DNA from: Felis catus
Lineage: Eukaryota
NCBI RefSeq assembly: GCF_018350175.1
Contig: NC_058368.1
Span: 58,902,001-58,966,000, forward strand
Direction of reading: 5' to 3'
Length of the DNA stretch: 64,000 bases
The position numbers were made by a program, and so were the translations under genes. The notes below the pieces were generated by a model, which worked only from the letters and a program-made list of their open reading frames with translations, did no database searches and was not told the origin of the DNA. The stretch's first letter is position 1; each line of letters opens with the position of its first letter. Below, piece by piece: positions 50,700-64,000 of this stretch.

Positions 50700-51945
50700 A
50701 ACCAATCTTGAAAATTTGCAGTTTCTCTAGATTCAGCATTAGTGTCTCTTCATCTAGGCAATTCTAACCATTCCACGTTTTCAGATTTCATCTACAGTTC
50801 TCCCATTGATACATATCAGTGTTAACTCCATTTTTTAAAAAATTAAATCTAATTAGGCAACTACATTTGAGATCTTCTTTTGGTGTCTGGAATTCAACTC
50901 TGACTCAGTCTAGACTGACCTTATTAAGTCCTTATTAAGACTCCTTAAAATTTTTGAGAATCCTTATTAGGAGTTTCCTATATGGGGTGCTTGGGTGGCT
51001 TCGTCGGTGAAGCATCCAACCCTTGATTTCGGTTCAGGTCATGATCTCAGGGTCATGAGACTGAGTCCCACAATCAGGCTCTGAGCTGAGCATGGAGCCA
51101 TCTTAAGATTATCTTTCTCTCTCTCTGCACGCTCCCTCAAAAAATAAAAAAAGTTTCCTCTCTGGGAGGATGGCAATATTTAACCAAAGCCCCTGACTTC
51201 ACCTTTATATGCCAACTCCTTCCAATCTTTGCTTCTACCTACAAATTTCTATTTATTTCCACTGTCATTATTGCAAGGTTTCGTCATAATTTTCCTATAC
51301 TATTATAATAATCACCCAGCTTGTTTCCATGTATCATTTTTCTCAACTTTAATTAAGTTTTACAGAGTAGTCAATGAAATATTTTTGGAAAATGAGGCAA
51401 AATTGCCAATTCTCTGCTTTATAATACTCTTTGACAGTTTGTTATTCTTAAGATAAATTCCAAAAAAAAATGTCTTAATATAGCCTAAACATCTTTATTA
51501 CCTGGATTTTCTCTACTCTTTGGACTTCATATCTTCAAATTGTGAAATCAGGGGTACTCTTTCTGCTTTAAATTTCTGGTAAGCAACAAACAAATTCCCT
51601 CTGTACTTAATGCTTTTGGACATATTTGTTTCCTTTACCTTGGGTATTGTTCCATTAGTTCTTATCTTAATAACTAACCCTTGCTAATTATGGGTTCAAA
51701 GAAACTGTGTCACAAAAGTTTTTCTAATATTTTCTATTACTATGAAAGGTATGCTCTTATTTCAAACTGTTTTCCATCTTTCTGTCACCTAAGATACCTA
51801 TAATAAGGGTTTTTTAAAATACTTATTGATTTAGTCTATTCCTTAATATGCTAAAGTTCTGAAAAAATGTCAGCTTATTATCAGTGTCAGTATTGGCATT
51901 TGTCAAACAATATTTAGTAAATTTTTTAATGAATAACTGGTTTAA
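50700..51945 (+). mobile_element. Decayed L2 3' region interrupted by a SINE
   Basis: ctaaccattccacgttttcagatttcatcta..., ccaattctctgctttataatactc..., terminal tttagtaaattttttaatgaataa. Confidence 0.55.
50984..51152 (+). mobile_element. Can-SINE
   Basis: TSD agtttcct. Confidence 0.92.
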
Positions 51946-52525
51946 TTATTTTACCTATTTCTTTTGCTTCTATATAAAATCTCAGGGCAATATGAAAACA
52001 TGCTTTGGCTTGGATTATTCATGAAAATTTTACTGTAACTCCTACAACAATTTGTGTATTACTTTGTATAATTAAGAATGACATGGGAATCACTTATTAG
52101 AAAATCCTTTCTTTCTATTGTAATAATGGAAGTTCAGATGCCACAAGAAATCTCAAATTCAGTTCAAGTTTGAAAAAAGCAAGAAAAATATATAGTTTAC
52201 CATTGTTCTGCTAGGAATCAGTTTCTGTCTCTGCTAGTGAAGTATGAACTCCATTAAAGTACAGATATGTTTATATTCCCAGAATTTAAAATGGTGGATA
52301 GTATATGGTAAATATTTAATAAGTAATTATTGAATGAATTATTGGATTATGAACCATTAAAGCATATTATATGTAAAGTACATTTATTCTGGAAAAGAGA
52401 AACTATATTTGATATTTATAGAGAAAAATAATTATTTGGCATAAGATTTGTCTTCCACCAACACCCCAGCCTTGATTTTTCTCCAGCATATCCAAGAAAT
52501 CATTATTTTTAAAATTACATACAAT

Positions 52526-53126
52526 TTTATTTTTAATTATGAAGATTATGTATTTATTTACACAGAAAGAGAGAAAGATAGAGGGAGAGAGAGTGTAAGA
52601 AGAGGAGGGGCAGACATTTGCAACTATGTGGATGAACTGGAGGGTATTATGCTAAGTGAAATTAGTTAGAGAAAGACAAAAATCATATGACTTCACTCAT
52701 ATGAGGACTTTAAGAGACAAAACAGAGGAACATAAGGGAAAGGAAACAAAAATAATGTAAAAACAGGGAGGGGGACAAACCAGAAGAGACTCATAAATAT
52801 GGAGAACAAACAGAAGGTTATGGGAGGGGTTGTGGGAGGGGGGATGGGATAAATGGGTAAGGGGCACTAAGGAATCTACTCCTGAAATCATTGTTGCACC
52901 ATGTGCTAACTAATTTGGATGTAAATTTAAAAAAATAATAAAATAAAATAAAATAAAAAAACAGAAGAAGAGGTCTGGCAGAGAGAGAGGAAGAGAGAGA
53001 ATCCCAAGCAGACTTCATGCTGTTAGTGCAGACCCTGACATGGGGCTCCAACTCATGAACCATAAGATCATGACCTACGCAGAAATCAAGAGTTGTCCAT
53101 TTGACTTATGGAGTCACCCAGGATCC
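52526..53126 (-). mobile_element. Can-SINE split by an L1 insertion
   Basis: Tail and GA tract at 52526-52614, remainder at 52965-53126. Confidence 0.88.
52615..52964 (+). mobile_element. Felid/carnivore L1 3' end inserted into a SINE
   Basis: catttgcaactatgtggatgaactggagggtattatgctaagtgaaat...A-rich tail, TSD aagaagagg(agg/tct)ggcaga at 52597-52614 and 52965-52982. Confidence 0.93.
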
Positions 53127-54959
53127 TTATAAAATGCAATTTTAAATGAAACATAAATAACAGATTATTTATAAATATTGGAAATTTTTATTTTAAATTG
53201 CTATTCAAATGCCAAGAAAGAAAATGTGCAAATATGAATCTCAGGTTTTGTATCCCAACATATACACATAAAAATGTCTAAAGTACTATTATAACATTAA
53301 TAACAGATTTTTTATGTACAAAATTTTTATTATTCTCTAGGAAAATTTTGAAACCTTTAAATCATTGATCCCTTATTAACATCACTATGTGACTTCGGTA
53401 TGATCACATCAAATACAAATTCTCAAGGTGAGAGTACCTTTCCTGCAAAGACAAAAAAGAAATAAATAAAACAGTGTTTTAAAGAGCTATTCTAATGAAA
53501 GCTTTAAGTTCAGTAATTATAAATATACTTTTAGTCACGATTTAAGAAAATGTGTACATGTCACATATTTCATTTTATTTATTGGTGATTAATGAAATTT
53601 GGGTCTTTTTCTCTCACTGTGATTTCATCTTCCCTGTCTTTACCTTTTACTTCCCCTTCAATCTTATGGATGGAGGACAATTGACATTAAGTCTAGGACT
53701 TGGAAACTAAACAGTATTTTGGAATGTGAATTAACTTCTTAGTTTTAATTGTCACCTTGTTTTTTATACATGATATATTATTTTGAATAGTTTGACCTAG
53801 TGTGTAAGGAAACAGTAGCATAATGGTAAAGAAACATATTGCCAAACTGAGATAGTCTTCAAACTGCCAGGCATCAATTAACTGTGCACCCTTAATCTTG
53901 AGCATCACGATGGGCTTGGAAAGAGTACTTGCAGTTGTGTTTGGGTAAGTCTCTGTAACTTCTTCCAACCTATCTATCCTAGTCTTCTCACCATGTAATT
54001 TTTATTCTATAAATATTTAAACAATAACTAAAGGCAGTCCTATAAAATTTCCCTTCATTTTAAAATCACTTGCTTCTTAGCTGCTCCCTCTTCACCTTGG
54101 AATAACTCTTGTCACAATGACGGTAGAAAATTCTCCCAGTTTCTGAATTCCTTTATTTGGTTCTGAAACCCCCAGCTTTCATAAAAAGTTATTTTGGTGC
54201 AGCTACCAAATAGTACTTTCAATATTCATTATAATATTCACTCCCTACTTCCTTCATAATCAGGGAAGGAATATTGGAAAGTTATGTGAATGAGATAGTT
54301 AAATATTGGGATTTGTGAGAAGCTTGTGGGCTCAGGTACAGGCTCATGAGATAACAAACACATGGTGTCACTGTTAGCACTTCCCAGTCCATATTAAATA
54401 GATATTTATCCTTTCTCAAGTACATGGTTGCTATTTCTGGAATGTTTGTCTATACATACACTTGTAAAAAGCAGGGTAATTTACTTGACTAGCTGAAATG
54501 ATATTTAATTATATTTCTGTCCAGCTTGAATGTTAAAATGTCATAGTTAATTCTTTTTGAGATAAAAGAAAATTGAGAGAGTCATTATCATTTTGAAATA
54601 AGACCAAGACATAGATTTATAGTGGAAAAGAAAACCATTAAGTAGATGAGATCAATAGATGTCAAGTGTATGAGGGATTCTTGTGACACCTTAAGAAAAG
54701 AAGTGACTCTTAGCTGTAGACACCAGGATTTATAAATGTAATCTTAGAGGCTTCTCATTTAATGGACAAAGAAAATCCGAAAGCCTAGATTGAGTATCAG
54801 ATCATGAATTGCAAAATGCCATAGGCTATCTTAAAAAATGTGTAATTTATAAGCATATCCTTGATCAAACTGAAGTTGAATGCCTCTCCTATAATATATT
54901 ATGATTGTTTTAAAGACTTCCTTCAATTATTTTGAATTTTACGTCATAAAATGATCATA

Positions 54960-55287
54960 TTTTCTTTTCTTTTTAATTTTTTTTAGTTTCATTTAAATTT
55001 TAGTTAACATATAGTGTAATATTGGTTACAGGAGTAGAATTTAGTGATTCATCACCTACATAGAACACCAGTACTCATCGCAAGTGCCATCCTTAATATC
55101 CATCACTGATTTAGCCCATCCGCCACCTACCTTACCTTCATCAACCCTCAGTTCATTCTCTATAGTTAAAGAGTCTCTTATGGTTTTCCTCCCTCTCTTT
55201 TTTTTTTTTTCCTGTTTCCCTATGTTCATCTGTTTTGTTTCTTAAATTCCACATATGAGTGAAATCATGTGGTATTTGTCTTTCTGT
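54960..55287 (-). mobile_element. Carnivore L1 3'UTR
   Basis: ggagtagaatttagtgattcatcac...aaattccacatatgagtgaaatcatgtggtatttgtctttct. Confidence 0.92.
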
Positions 55288-55478
55288 AATCTTTACCATA
55301 AGAACTCACATATTCAACTCAATTTGTGATTATGTATGCTTTTATTATATACTTTCACAATTACATTTAATTAATGTGTAAATATTAACCTATAATTTCT
55401 CCTGTTGAGCCTATTTAAATTTTCCTCTATCACACCAATTCTTTTAACCTTTAACTTTGCTTTCAAGTTATTAATTTA

Positions 55479-55694
55479 GGGGTGCCTGGATGACTCAGTC
55501 AGTTAAGCGATGACTCTTGATTTGGGCCCAGATCATGATCTCATGGTCTCATGAGATTGAGCCCTGCTTTGGGCTCTGGGCTGACAGCATGGAGCCTGCT
55601 TGAGATTCTCTTTGCTTCTCTCTCTATGCATCCCCTGCTTGCATGTATGCTCTCACTCTCTCTGTCTCTCAAAAATAAATAAATGTTTAAAAAA
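55479..55694 (+). mobile_element. Can-SINE
   Basis: TSD aagtt(a/t)ttaattta. Confidence 0.94.
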
Positions 55695-56238
55695 GTTTTT
55701 AATTTATAGTCAGATGTGTTAATAAGTAACCTAAAAATTAATACAAACTAGTCAATATTAATTAATATGTGCTTTCTTTCTGAGCCTCAGTCTCCTAATC
55801 TATAAAACAAGGAGAATGGACTAGAATACACTTAAAATTATGTCTTGTTCTAAAATTGTTTAAATTTATGAAATGTCCTTGCTTTTAGAGATTATAAATT
55901 TGCAGGAAATAGATTTCCAAAATAAGTTAGATTCTTTTTTTTTTTTTGAGATAGACTGGTACTAAATATTGTACTTTAACAATCATTAAAATAATTTTAA
56001 ACATAATGACTACATCAAAATAATTTTCACTTTATCTTGCACAGAATAAAAGGTAGTTAAATAGGATAAGAATTATTTGTAATATTCTTCAATGTAAAGA
56101 AGTATATCCTCAAATGTTGGCATATTAATATAATATCAAGATAAAAATAAGTAGTAGGTAAAAAGTTAAATAGTGCACTCTTTTCATTCCACTCTGAGAA
56201 TTCAGAGAGCATGTGCTTCTATAGAAAAAACATAAACA

Positions 56239-56459
56239 GGGGCGCCTGGGTGGCGCAGTCGGTTAAGCGTCCGACTTCAGCCAGGTCACGATCTCGCGGT
56301 CCGGGAGTTCGAGCCCCGCGTCAGGCTCTGGGCTGATGGCTCGGAGCCTGGAGCCTGTTTCCGATTCTGTGTCTCCCTCTCTCTCTGCCCCTCCCCCGTT
56401 CATGCTCTGTCTCTCTTTGTCCCAAAAATAAATAAACGTTGAAAAAAAAATTAAAAAAA
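56239..56459 (+). mobile_element. Very young felid Can-SINE (SINEC_Fc-like)
   Basis: Near-consensus, CpGs intact, B box gagttcgagccc, perfect TSD agaaaaaacataaaca at 56223-56238 and 56460-56475. Confidence 0.98.
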
Positions 56460-57553
56460 AGAAAAAACATAAACAGTGGAGATTGCTCTTGAGGGCATGT
56501 GGAAACTTAAAAACCTACAAAGACAGACTTTCAGATGTAGTTAAGTTGAACAATTACACATAGTATGTACCTTTTGTTTGAACATGCGCAAATGTATCCT
56601 TTTACATTGATAAGCTTCACCATTCCCTGTATACTTTTGTACCAGCTAAAAATATTTAGTCAGGTTTGGTTCATCTGTCCCTTCCTGATTATTATGGAGT
56701 GAGAAAAATATTTAGTCATTTTAAGCTCTGCTTAATTGATCAGTAAATTTGAGGAAATTCATAAAAACAAATTGAATGTTATTAAGTGGAATAATCTTAA
56801 ACCCCAAAATGATTCATACCCAGGAATTCACTTTAGTTTACATTTCTCCAATGTCTTATCATTATCCTATCTCATAATTGTGTAACCTTTGGGAAAAACA
56901 AAAATAGCAAAGGCAGATGAAAGTCCACATAAAATCAGTCTGGTGGGGGAGAGGCAGAAGAATAGATGACAGTCCTTTGGACCAAAACGTGTTCATGTTT
57001 TTTTCAAAATTTAAGTGTCCAGAAATAAATTACTCAAAACAAATAAAATTTAAATATATAAACACAAATACACAATAAATTATAAGCATAGTATATAATA
57101 TGTGTGTGTCTTTTGTTATTCTCTTGCCTTTAAGTCATTTGATAGTGTGAAAAGAGCAGCCATTCTGTTCAATAACCAAAATCCTCATGACTCAAAAAAT
57201 ATTCTGCTGTAACACATGACTACAGTCATGATTTCTCCTCTTTGTCATTGCTTCACAATTCAAAGTACTTCAAGGTGTCTGACTAGCTAAGCATGCCATT
57301 TTAATAGGAGATCATCTAGGGATGTCCTTGCTTAAAGACAATGCTTAATACAGAGGGAAAATACTTCAGATGGTAATCAGGGTGCCATTTGAGGACTCAA
57401 TTAAATCCCAGGCAGGCAAAAATGACAAATGTCCACTTAACCAAAACAGACGGATGTAACTCAAGCTAGACAATAATTTCATCATCTCAAATTTTAAATG
57501 AGTAGATTGATGTCAGGGCTAAGGGAAAATTGTTGAAGATTATATCTATTTAC

Positions 57554-57554
<1 letters not shown>

Positions 57555-57597
<43 letters not shown>
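57555..57597. repeat. (CTAT)10 tetranucleotide microsatellite
   Basis: Directly visible. Confidence 0.97.
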
Positions 57598-57950
57598 CAA
57601 TTTCTGTTGCCTGCTGCCCTAGAGTCTGAACTATTTCTAAGATTCATTCTCCAATTCCCAGGAAATGTTGTACACTGCCTGCTAACTGTCAAAAAATTTG
57701 ATTTTTGCTTAATTAAACATAGTTGATTTTGGTGGTTATAACTGAAGAACTCCAATTAATAATTTTGAGAAATGCCACCTTATTCACAATTTGTTAATTT
57801 ATTATATACTTATTATGCTTTATGATGGATTATTACAAAATGGGTTGTATGGTGGACAAATCTTATTAAACAAATATTTTTTTTCTTGAGGAATTTTAAG
57901 TATTGTATAAATTTGGTTGTATGTATTTCTTTGAAAATAAGCCTATCTCA

Positions 57951-58163
57951 GGGTGCCTGGGGGTTCAGTCAGTTGAGTGCTGGACTCTTGATTTCGGCAC
58001 AGGTCATGATCTCATGGTTAGTGGGATCTAGCCCCACATTGTGCTATCAACACAGAGCCTGCTTGGGATTCTCTCTCTCCTTCTCTCTCTGTATCCCCCC
58101 CTCCCCTGCTTGTGCTCCCTCTATCTCTCAAAATAAATAAACTTAAGAAAATTAAAAATAAAA
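57951..58163 (+). mobile_element. Can-SINE
   Basis: gggtgcctgggggttcagtcagttgag...ctcaaaataaataaac. Confidence 0.93.
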
Positions 58164-59559
58164 ATGAGCTTATATCATTTCATAAAACCAACATTATATC
58201 CTTTGACTGTGGGAAACCTATTCATATCTTTTGGAAATCCAGAACACAATAGAAATAAACTATAGTTAACTTTGCCTAAATAAAAAGATGATAATGTTCA
58301 AGAAAAAATCTTAGATATTCTTCTAGTGTTAAGTTTAAAAGTTTTTATAGAGACAGAGTTATTACTGATTTAGTTCTAGGTGCAAATTACTATTTTACAC
58401 CAGCATATTTTTTGAAGAGAGGGAACACATCTTTTTGTTGGAAAACTGAATTCTAATGAAATGTGACAGATACACAATTTGGCTAAAACAACCTCCATTT
58501 TCAGTCCTTCTACTTTAGAAAATACATAGTGTAAAATAAAATAATAAATACAATTTCAGGCTTTCTATATGTCATCCCTATGTTTCATGTTTTTAATTTT
58601 CATAGGGAAGGGAACCTTAAAGATTAAAGAGTAAAGATGACATTTTAACATGTGAAGAGCTAAAACTTTGCCAGACAGAATTTTATCCTATACAAATTCA
58701 TACTATAGCATTTTCTTTTAATTATGATCATATAAAAATAGAAAATAATTGTATTATGTAAATATGTAGTGGCCAATATTGGATTTTCTAGTAACTTATG
58801 CAATTTTCTATAATACTTGTGTTTTAATTAGTTTAGACATAAATTATTCTAGATCTATGATGTTTCTCCTCATTTCATTTTGCCAACTTTTATAATTAAA
58901 CCTGGATTTTAAACATAGCACTTAAAACCTGTGAGTACTTGTGTTCTTCCCTAAAGTGGCAATTTCCTCCAGAATTGCTTTGTTTATGAGAACACAGCAT
59001 ATGCTTAGTTTTCTCCCAGTATGTTATATAAATATGACAAATTTGGGAAGCAGAATTCCAGGAGTACCACTATTCTAATTATTGTTATATTTATACTAAC
59101 TTGTTTTGAACATATTGGATAATTAAATATATATTTTTCTCATAAAAGTTATAATGATGAAATAGTTTAATAACTTTTGTTCTAGCATCCTAAACGCAAC
59201 CAAAAAATTGAGAGAAGTAAGATGAAACCTTGGATTTCTATTTTATTTCTCCTCACTTAATATAATGTCTTGGTTGTAATTACAAGGACCACAATTTCAT
59301 TACATAAAAGATGTTCTCTTTAAACAACAATGCCAAAATGATCAGAATGAAATGAAGTTGTTTACAAAATAAGATACTGAAATGTGAATCTTTTTTGCCA
59401 AAATGTGTGTTGGCAATAGAGCCATTTTTAAATTATATAGTGAAATGATGAAACATTCAAAATTAACAATCATGTCAATGTAAATATAATTGTTTCTTTT
59501 GAATGATTTTGACATGTATCATCCAACATTAAAACAACCTAATGTAAATAATTTCATGA

Positions 59560-59875
59560 TTTACCTGTGCCTTCTGTCACACTGGCCATAGCAAATGTTC
59601 ATGCATGGATATGAGCCTGAAGCAAGAACTATCAGCAAATGAGACTCAGCACTAGTAGATTGTTGGAGCAGGCTGGGAATTTGTTTCATTTCCTGTGAAA
59701 TGGGAGAATGGGAGGCATTCTTGGAGCTGGTCATAATCATTGCCACAAGGGAGCATCTGTTTCCTGGTTTTCCCAACACAAAGTTGTTCTTCCCTTGGAT
59801 TTTTTAGTTACGTTGACCAATAAATTGTCATTTTACTTAAGTCAGTTTTAGTTATACTCTGATGGTTGTAACTAT
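59560..59875 (+). mobile_element. MLT1-like (ERVL-MaLR) LTR remnant
   Basis: 3' end cccttggattttttagttacgttgaccaataaattgtcattttacttaagtcagttttag...gtaac. Confidence 0.6.
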
Positions 59876-60049
59876 TTTATTATTAAGTAACACATCCACA
59901 TATAATCATGGTAGTCATTATGAAACCTGAGATCCCTACTCTTGTCAGTTATGTGCCATCTTTTAGCCTCTCTTCTTTTGTAGCTCTAACATGTACTTGC
60001 TAGCAAAACAGACCATTCTGATATTGGCTCTCCTATTGTCAACATTAAC

Positions 60050-61385
60050 CTGTGCACAAGAGCCCCCAGTAACTTTTTTAATGATCCTGGTGCCCCTCCC
60101 AACCTCTTAGAGCCTTTGGTATATAGAGTATTCTCTAAATCTTCCAGTGGGACCTAATCTCAGATGGGACTTCTAGTTAGACATACTGTATCCATTTAAG
60201 TAAGTGCATATTTCTCTGTCATATAGTCTAATCTTTCATCATTTCTGTGGCAATTTAGACATTTCACCTTCACTAAGTTTGGGCTGTGATGCTTTTAATT
60301 TCAAAAGCTTTCTTTGTGGCTCATCAAGGTGTTAAATGCTGTAACTTGGGAAAATGGTTTCAGGTCAACACATTTTTCTTTACCCAATGTCATCTATCAA
60401 TCTTCTTGTTAAAAATCTTCAGAATCGAGTCCCATGGCTACTGTCCCAGCTTCTTCCAGTGCATGCTGGCTAGATCTTGTGTGTGTTTTTGGATAAGGCC
60501 TTTCCGTCCCTTATCAGGCCAGTGCATCACCAGCTTGAGTTTACTGCAGTTCAACTTGAGAGAAGGCTTAGTGGTCTAGTAGGGGAGTTAGGGGCTGTTT
60601 CTAAGAGCAGCACACGTTCTCTTGTGAAGAAAAAGCTTCTGAATTTTCATCCAGCACAAGGGAGTATGAGCTGTGAATATAAAGGAACAGGCTATATCGG
60701 CAAACTCAGAAGGTTAAACAAGAATCTGGGGAGTCCATTTTGGGGGGCATATCCTAAAATGGCTTCAGGCCAGGTGTAAGAGACTGAAATTTTCCACACT
60801 AGATCCATGGCTAGGGAATAACACACTTGCCTTCATGGGGTGTTACTACCTCACACTGACTCGTGGATTCCCTTCCATCATTACCCTTTCACCACAGTGT
60901 GCCATGGGCAGTAGGTGTTCCATTTATCACTAGTAATGGGGCCTTCAATGGGCATTCTTACCCTGAATTATTAAACTCAAAGATCTTATCACCTGATGAA
61001 AAGTGGCAATTCTCTGAACATAATTGTTAAGGTAGATTTCCAGGTTCAAGTTACTTATTAGTGAACATCACTTGTCAAAGGGAGAGGCAGATAATTTGGG
61101 GAAGAGGAAAAACTTGAACTCAGATGCAGGTCTGACAAAATTGGCTATTTCAGTGGGAAGCTATGAAACAAATTGCTCAGTATTTACAATCCCAACTTAG
61201 TCATACGATGACACCCACACCCCAAATCCAGAAGGGGCATGCCCTTGGGAAAGAGGAGTCTCTACTGCTAATGAAGTCCCTGAAAGAGCTAACAGTTGGA
61301 TGCTGTCTGCTGAACACTTTTCCCAAAGCTAGGCAGCAAATACTTGGAAAGAGATCTGTGTAGAGCATCTCCTCATCCTTCCATA
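60050..61385. mobile_element. Old ERVL-family internal/LTR remnants
   Basis: Higher-GC block with recalled resemblance to ERVL internal and LTR sequence (e.g. gaaggggcatgcccttgggaaagagg, ctgtctgctgaacac). Family and strand uncertain. Confidence 0.4.
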
Positions 61386-61462
61386 ATACAAATGTTTGAT
61401 TCTTACAGTTGCAAAAATATTGCACTCATTAATCCAAATTACTTGAACACATAGATGTCTAG

Positions 61463-61654
61463 GCTTTCAGTCAATTTTTTGTGTGTTTATGATTTTCCTT
61501 TACATTTTATGAACACAAAATTAACCTAATGCATTTTATAATAGCAATATTAATAAATGCTTTCAGTCAATTTTTTGTGTGTTTATGATTTTCCTTTACA
61601 TTTTATGAACACAAAATTAACCTAATGCATTTTATAATAGCAATATTAACAAAT
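61463..61654. repeat. 96-bp tandem duplication
   Basis: 61463-61558 versus 61559-61654, one mismatch (T61554/C61650). Confidence 0.97.
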
Positions 61655-61830
61655 GGTAATAATCTTATGTTTATAGTGTTATATTTTACAAAGGAATTTC
61701 CAAAAATATTGCCTTATTTGATACTAATAGCAACACTGAAGTTAGATTATATATTATTTCCCACCAATAAAATGGAAACTCAAAAATTTAATGGACATTC
61801 TCTGGGATTCAATTAAAACAGAAACTCTTA

Positions 61831-61872
61831 CTTTTTTTTGTTTATGTATTTTGAGAGAGAGAGCATGAGAGT

Positions 61873-61924
<52 letters not shown>

Positions 61925-62057
61925 GAGAGAATCCTAAGCAGGCTCCACACTGTCAGTGCAGCACCTGGTGTGGGGCTTGATCCCATGAACCATGAGATCA
62001 CGACCTGATCCCTAATCGAGGGTTGAATGCTTAACTGACTGAGCCAACCAGGCACCC
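61831..62057 (-). mobile_element. Can-SINE with expanded (GA)n
   Basis: TSD gaaactctta at 61821-61830 and 62061-62070. Confidence 0.95.
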
Positions 62058-63803
62058 TGGGAAACTCTTATTTTGAAAAAATTTTCCTTTGTCATTTTTA
62101 ATAAGATAAGGCCACATTTGTATGTTTTATATATCCAAATTTTTCATACAGATGTCTTATGTATTTTACCAAAATATTAGTTTATTAATTATATTTTTAA
62201 TATCAAAATAAATTATTATACTATATATAGCTACAAAATAATATTATTATTTTGAGAGTTGGAGTTATAATTTTTTTTGATATTTGGAGCTATATACTAA
62301 ATTAAATTAAACAAAGTTTCATGATTGCAAATAAATGCATAATAATCTTCCCTTTTATACATTTTCAAGCCCAGCCTCCTGGATAACACATACCTTCAGA
62401 GAGAAAAATCATTTCTAGTGCCATGGGTATATCTTCCTGTTATTCTTATTTTTGCCTCACTTAATTTTAAACTGTTGCCAGTCAAAACAAATCTAGTTTT
62501 TAGAACATTGTCATTTAACCAAAATACCCATAACATCTAGCCTTGAAGAAAAGTATTTTCATTAGTAGTTTTTTTATGTGTAAATGTTGAATATGAGAAT
62601 GAACAGCAGCTTCCAACAAAATAACTTATAAATAATGATAGTGCAGCACCAATGCAATTAATTCATTGCACAGTCCCCCCTCCAGGAAGAATAGTGATAA
62701 TCCAAGAGATTGATATCAAGTAATTAATAATTCAAGTATTTCATTTGTATTATTTATTAATAAGTTAATACAGATGGCAATAAATCTCATAAATGAGGTT
62801 TAAGGAAAAGTGCAGAACAAATGCACTAAAAAGTAATGAGGCTTCTCATAAATATACTTTAAGATTAGATACAAAATTGCAGTTATCCAACACTTTATCA
62901 GATGAAAGTACTTTTTAGAATATCAGACTAATATTAATAGGAAAATTAAATATTAAGAACTGATGTAACTGAATGTTTTGTGTATTTATGGAAAAATAAC
63001 ACTAAAACAGTTGCAAGGAGCACTAAGTAGATTACGAGGAGCCTAGTGTGAATTTAATATTAACCAAATGTCCCCCAATAAAAAGCATTACATAAAAATT
63101 CTCAAAAAAATAAGCAACAACATATTTTTTTAGTGAAACATGGTTTAAATATCCAGGTTTATATTTAAATAAATTTTCTGTAATTTTGTCAGTCTCAGTC
63201 TCTGGCTTTGGATAAACCCATCTTTCTGCTAAATAGAGTTATTAAAACCCTACATTGGATAGCACATCTAGATTCCTTAATGTAGTTCATACTTAATTAC
63301 CTAAATGTGCATGATCTCATTTGATTCTTTTTAAGAACAATACATTGAGTATACACCAGTCATTATCATTCTACAACTTTTAACAGTGAATATTTCAGAT
63401 TAAATAATGGATGCAGATTCATCAATTTAATAAACTGTAATGTCATGGATCAAACTTAGGACTTCCAAATTCATGTACTTCCAAATTCATCTTTGGATGT
63501 ATTATTGAGTCTCCTTGTCGGCTCTGACTTACTGCAGTCAGAGTACTTATGTAATATTAAATATAGCATTTTATTTTGTTAATTTAGATGGATAGCCACA
63601 TTATTCCATTTTAAGAGTGAAAATTAGTTCATATTTTTATTAACATTCTGAGGAAGTATTTTTCAGGGATCACATGATAGCTTTTACCCCAATTTTATAA
63701 CATAACCAACAAATCTTATGTCTTTAGTTGTAGTACATGTGAAATACTGAAATTATTCCTAAAAGAATTGGCTTTGCTCCCCATTCAAAACACTCTCCTA
63801 TAT

Positions 63804-64000
63804 ACAGCAATCAGACAACAAAAATAAATAGAAGTCATCCAAATGTGGAAGGAAGAAATAAAACTTTCACTATTTGCAGGTGACATGATGCTCTATATAG
63901 AAAACTTGAAGGACTCCACCAAAAATCTGCTAGAACTGACAAACTATTTCAGTGAAGAATACAGAATCAATGTATAGAAATCTGTTGAATTTCTATATAT
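63804..64000 (+). mobile_element. L1 ORF2 reverse-transcriptase fragment running off the window end
   Basis: AIRQQK*IEVIQMWKEEIKLSLFAGDMMLYIENLKDSTKNLLELTNYFSE (FADD motif mutated to FAGD, in-frame stop). Confidence 0.93.

Noticed and set aside
56239..56320. tRNA-like A/B boxes
   Set aside because: This is the tRNA-derived head of a Can-SINE, not a tRNA gene
63461..63543. 14-bp direct repeat (acttccaaattcat) and an 8-bp-stem hairpin
   Set aside because: Small slippage duplications and short stems are common at this scale

Overview
This is AT-rich, repeat-dense mammalian genomic DNA from a cat-family (Felidae) genome, identified by about 31 felid-type tRNA-derived Can-SINEs (19 on the minus strand, 12 on the plus) and carnivore-type L1 3' ends. 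I find no supportable protein-coding exon, RNA gene or prokaryotic feature, so it reads as intergenic or deep-intronic sequence. Repeat content includes a decayed class-I ERV (gag remnants plus nested LTR pieces, 1-4036), MER44/Tigger1 DNA transposons, MLT2, LTR16-like and MLT1-like LTRs, old L1M, L2 and MIR fragments, a young 5'-truncated L1 with a perfect 15-bp target-site duplication (TSD), and microsatellites. Subfamily names come from recalled consensus sequences and need RepeatMasker/Dfam confirmation. The most unusual spot is about 10070-10700. There, old DNA-transposon sequence is anomalously CpG-rich and carries a local duplication that creates a perfect TGACCT-N6-AGGTCA (ER6) element, CRE half-sites and a strong downstream splice donor, which makes it a candidate transposon-derived promoter or enhancer. 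Other points of interest are an orphan L1 5'UTR with an internal inverted repeat, an L1 with a fold-back 5' inversion, a long L2 retaining endonuclease and RT motifs, and a 96-bp near-perfect tandem duplication. I cannot demonstrate a new biological system from sequence alone.
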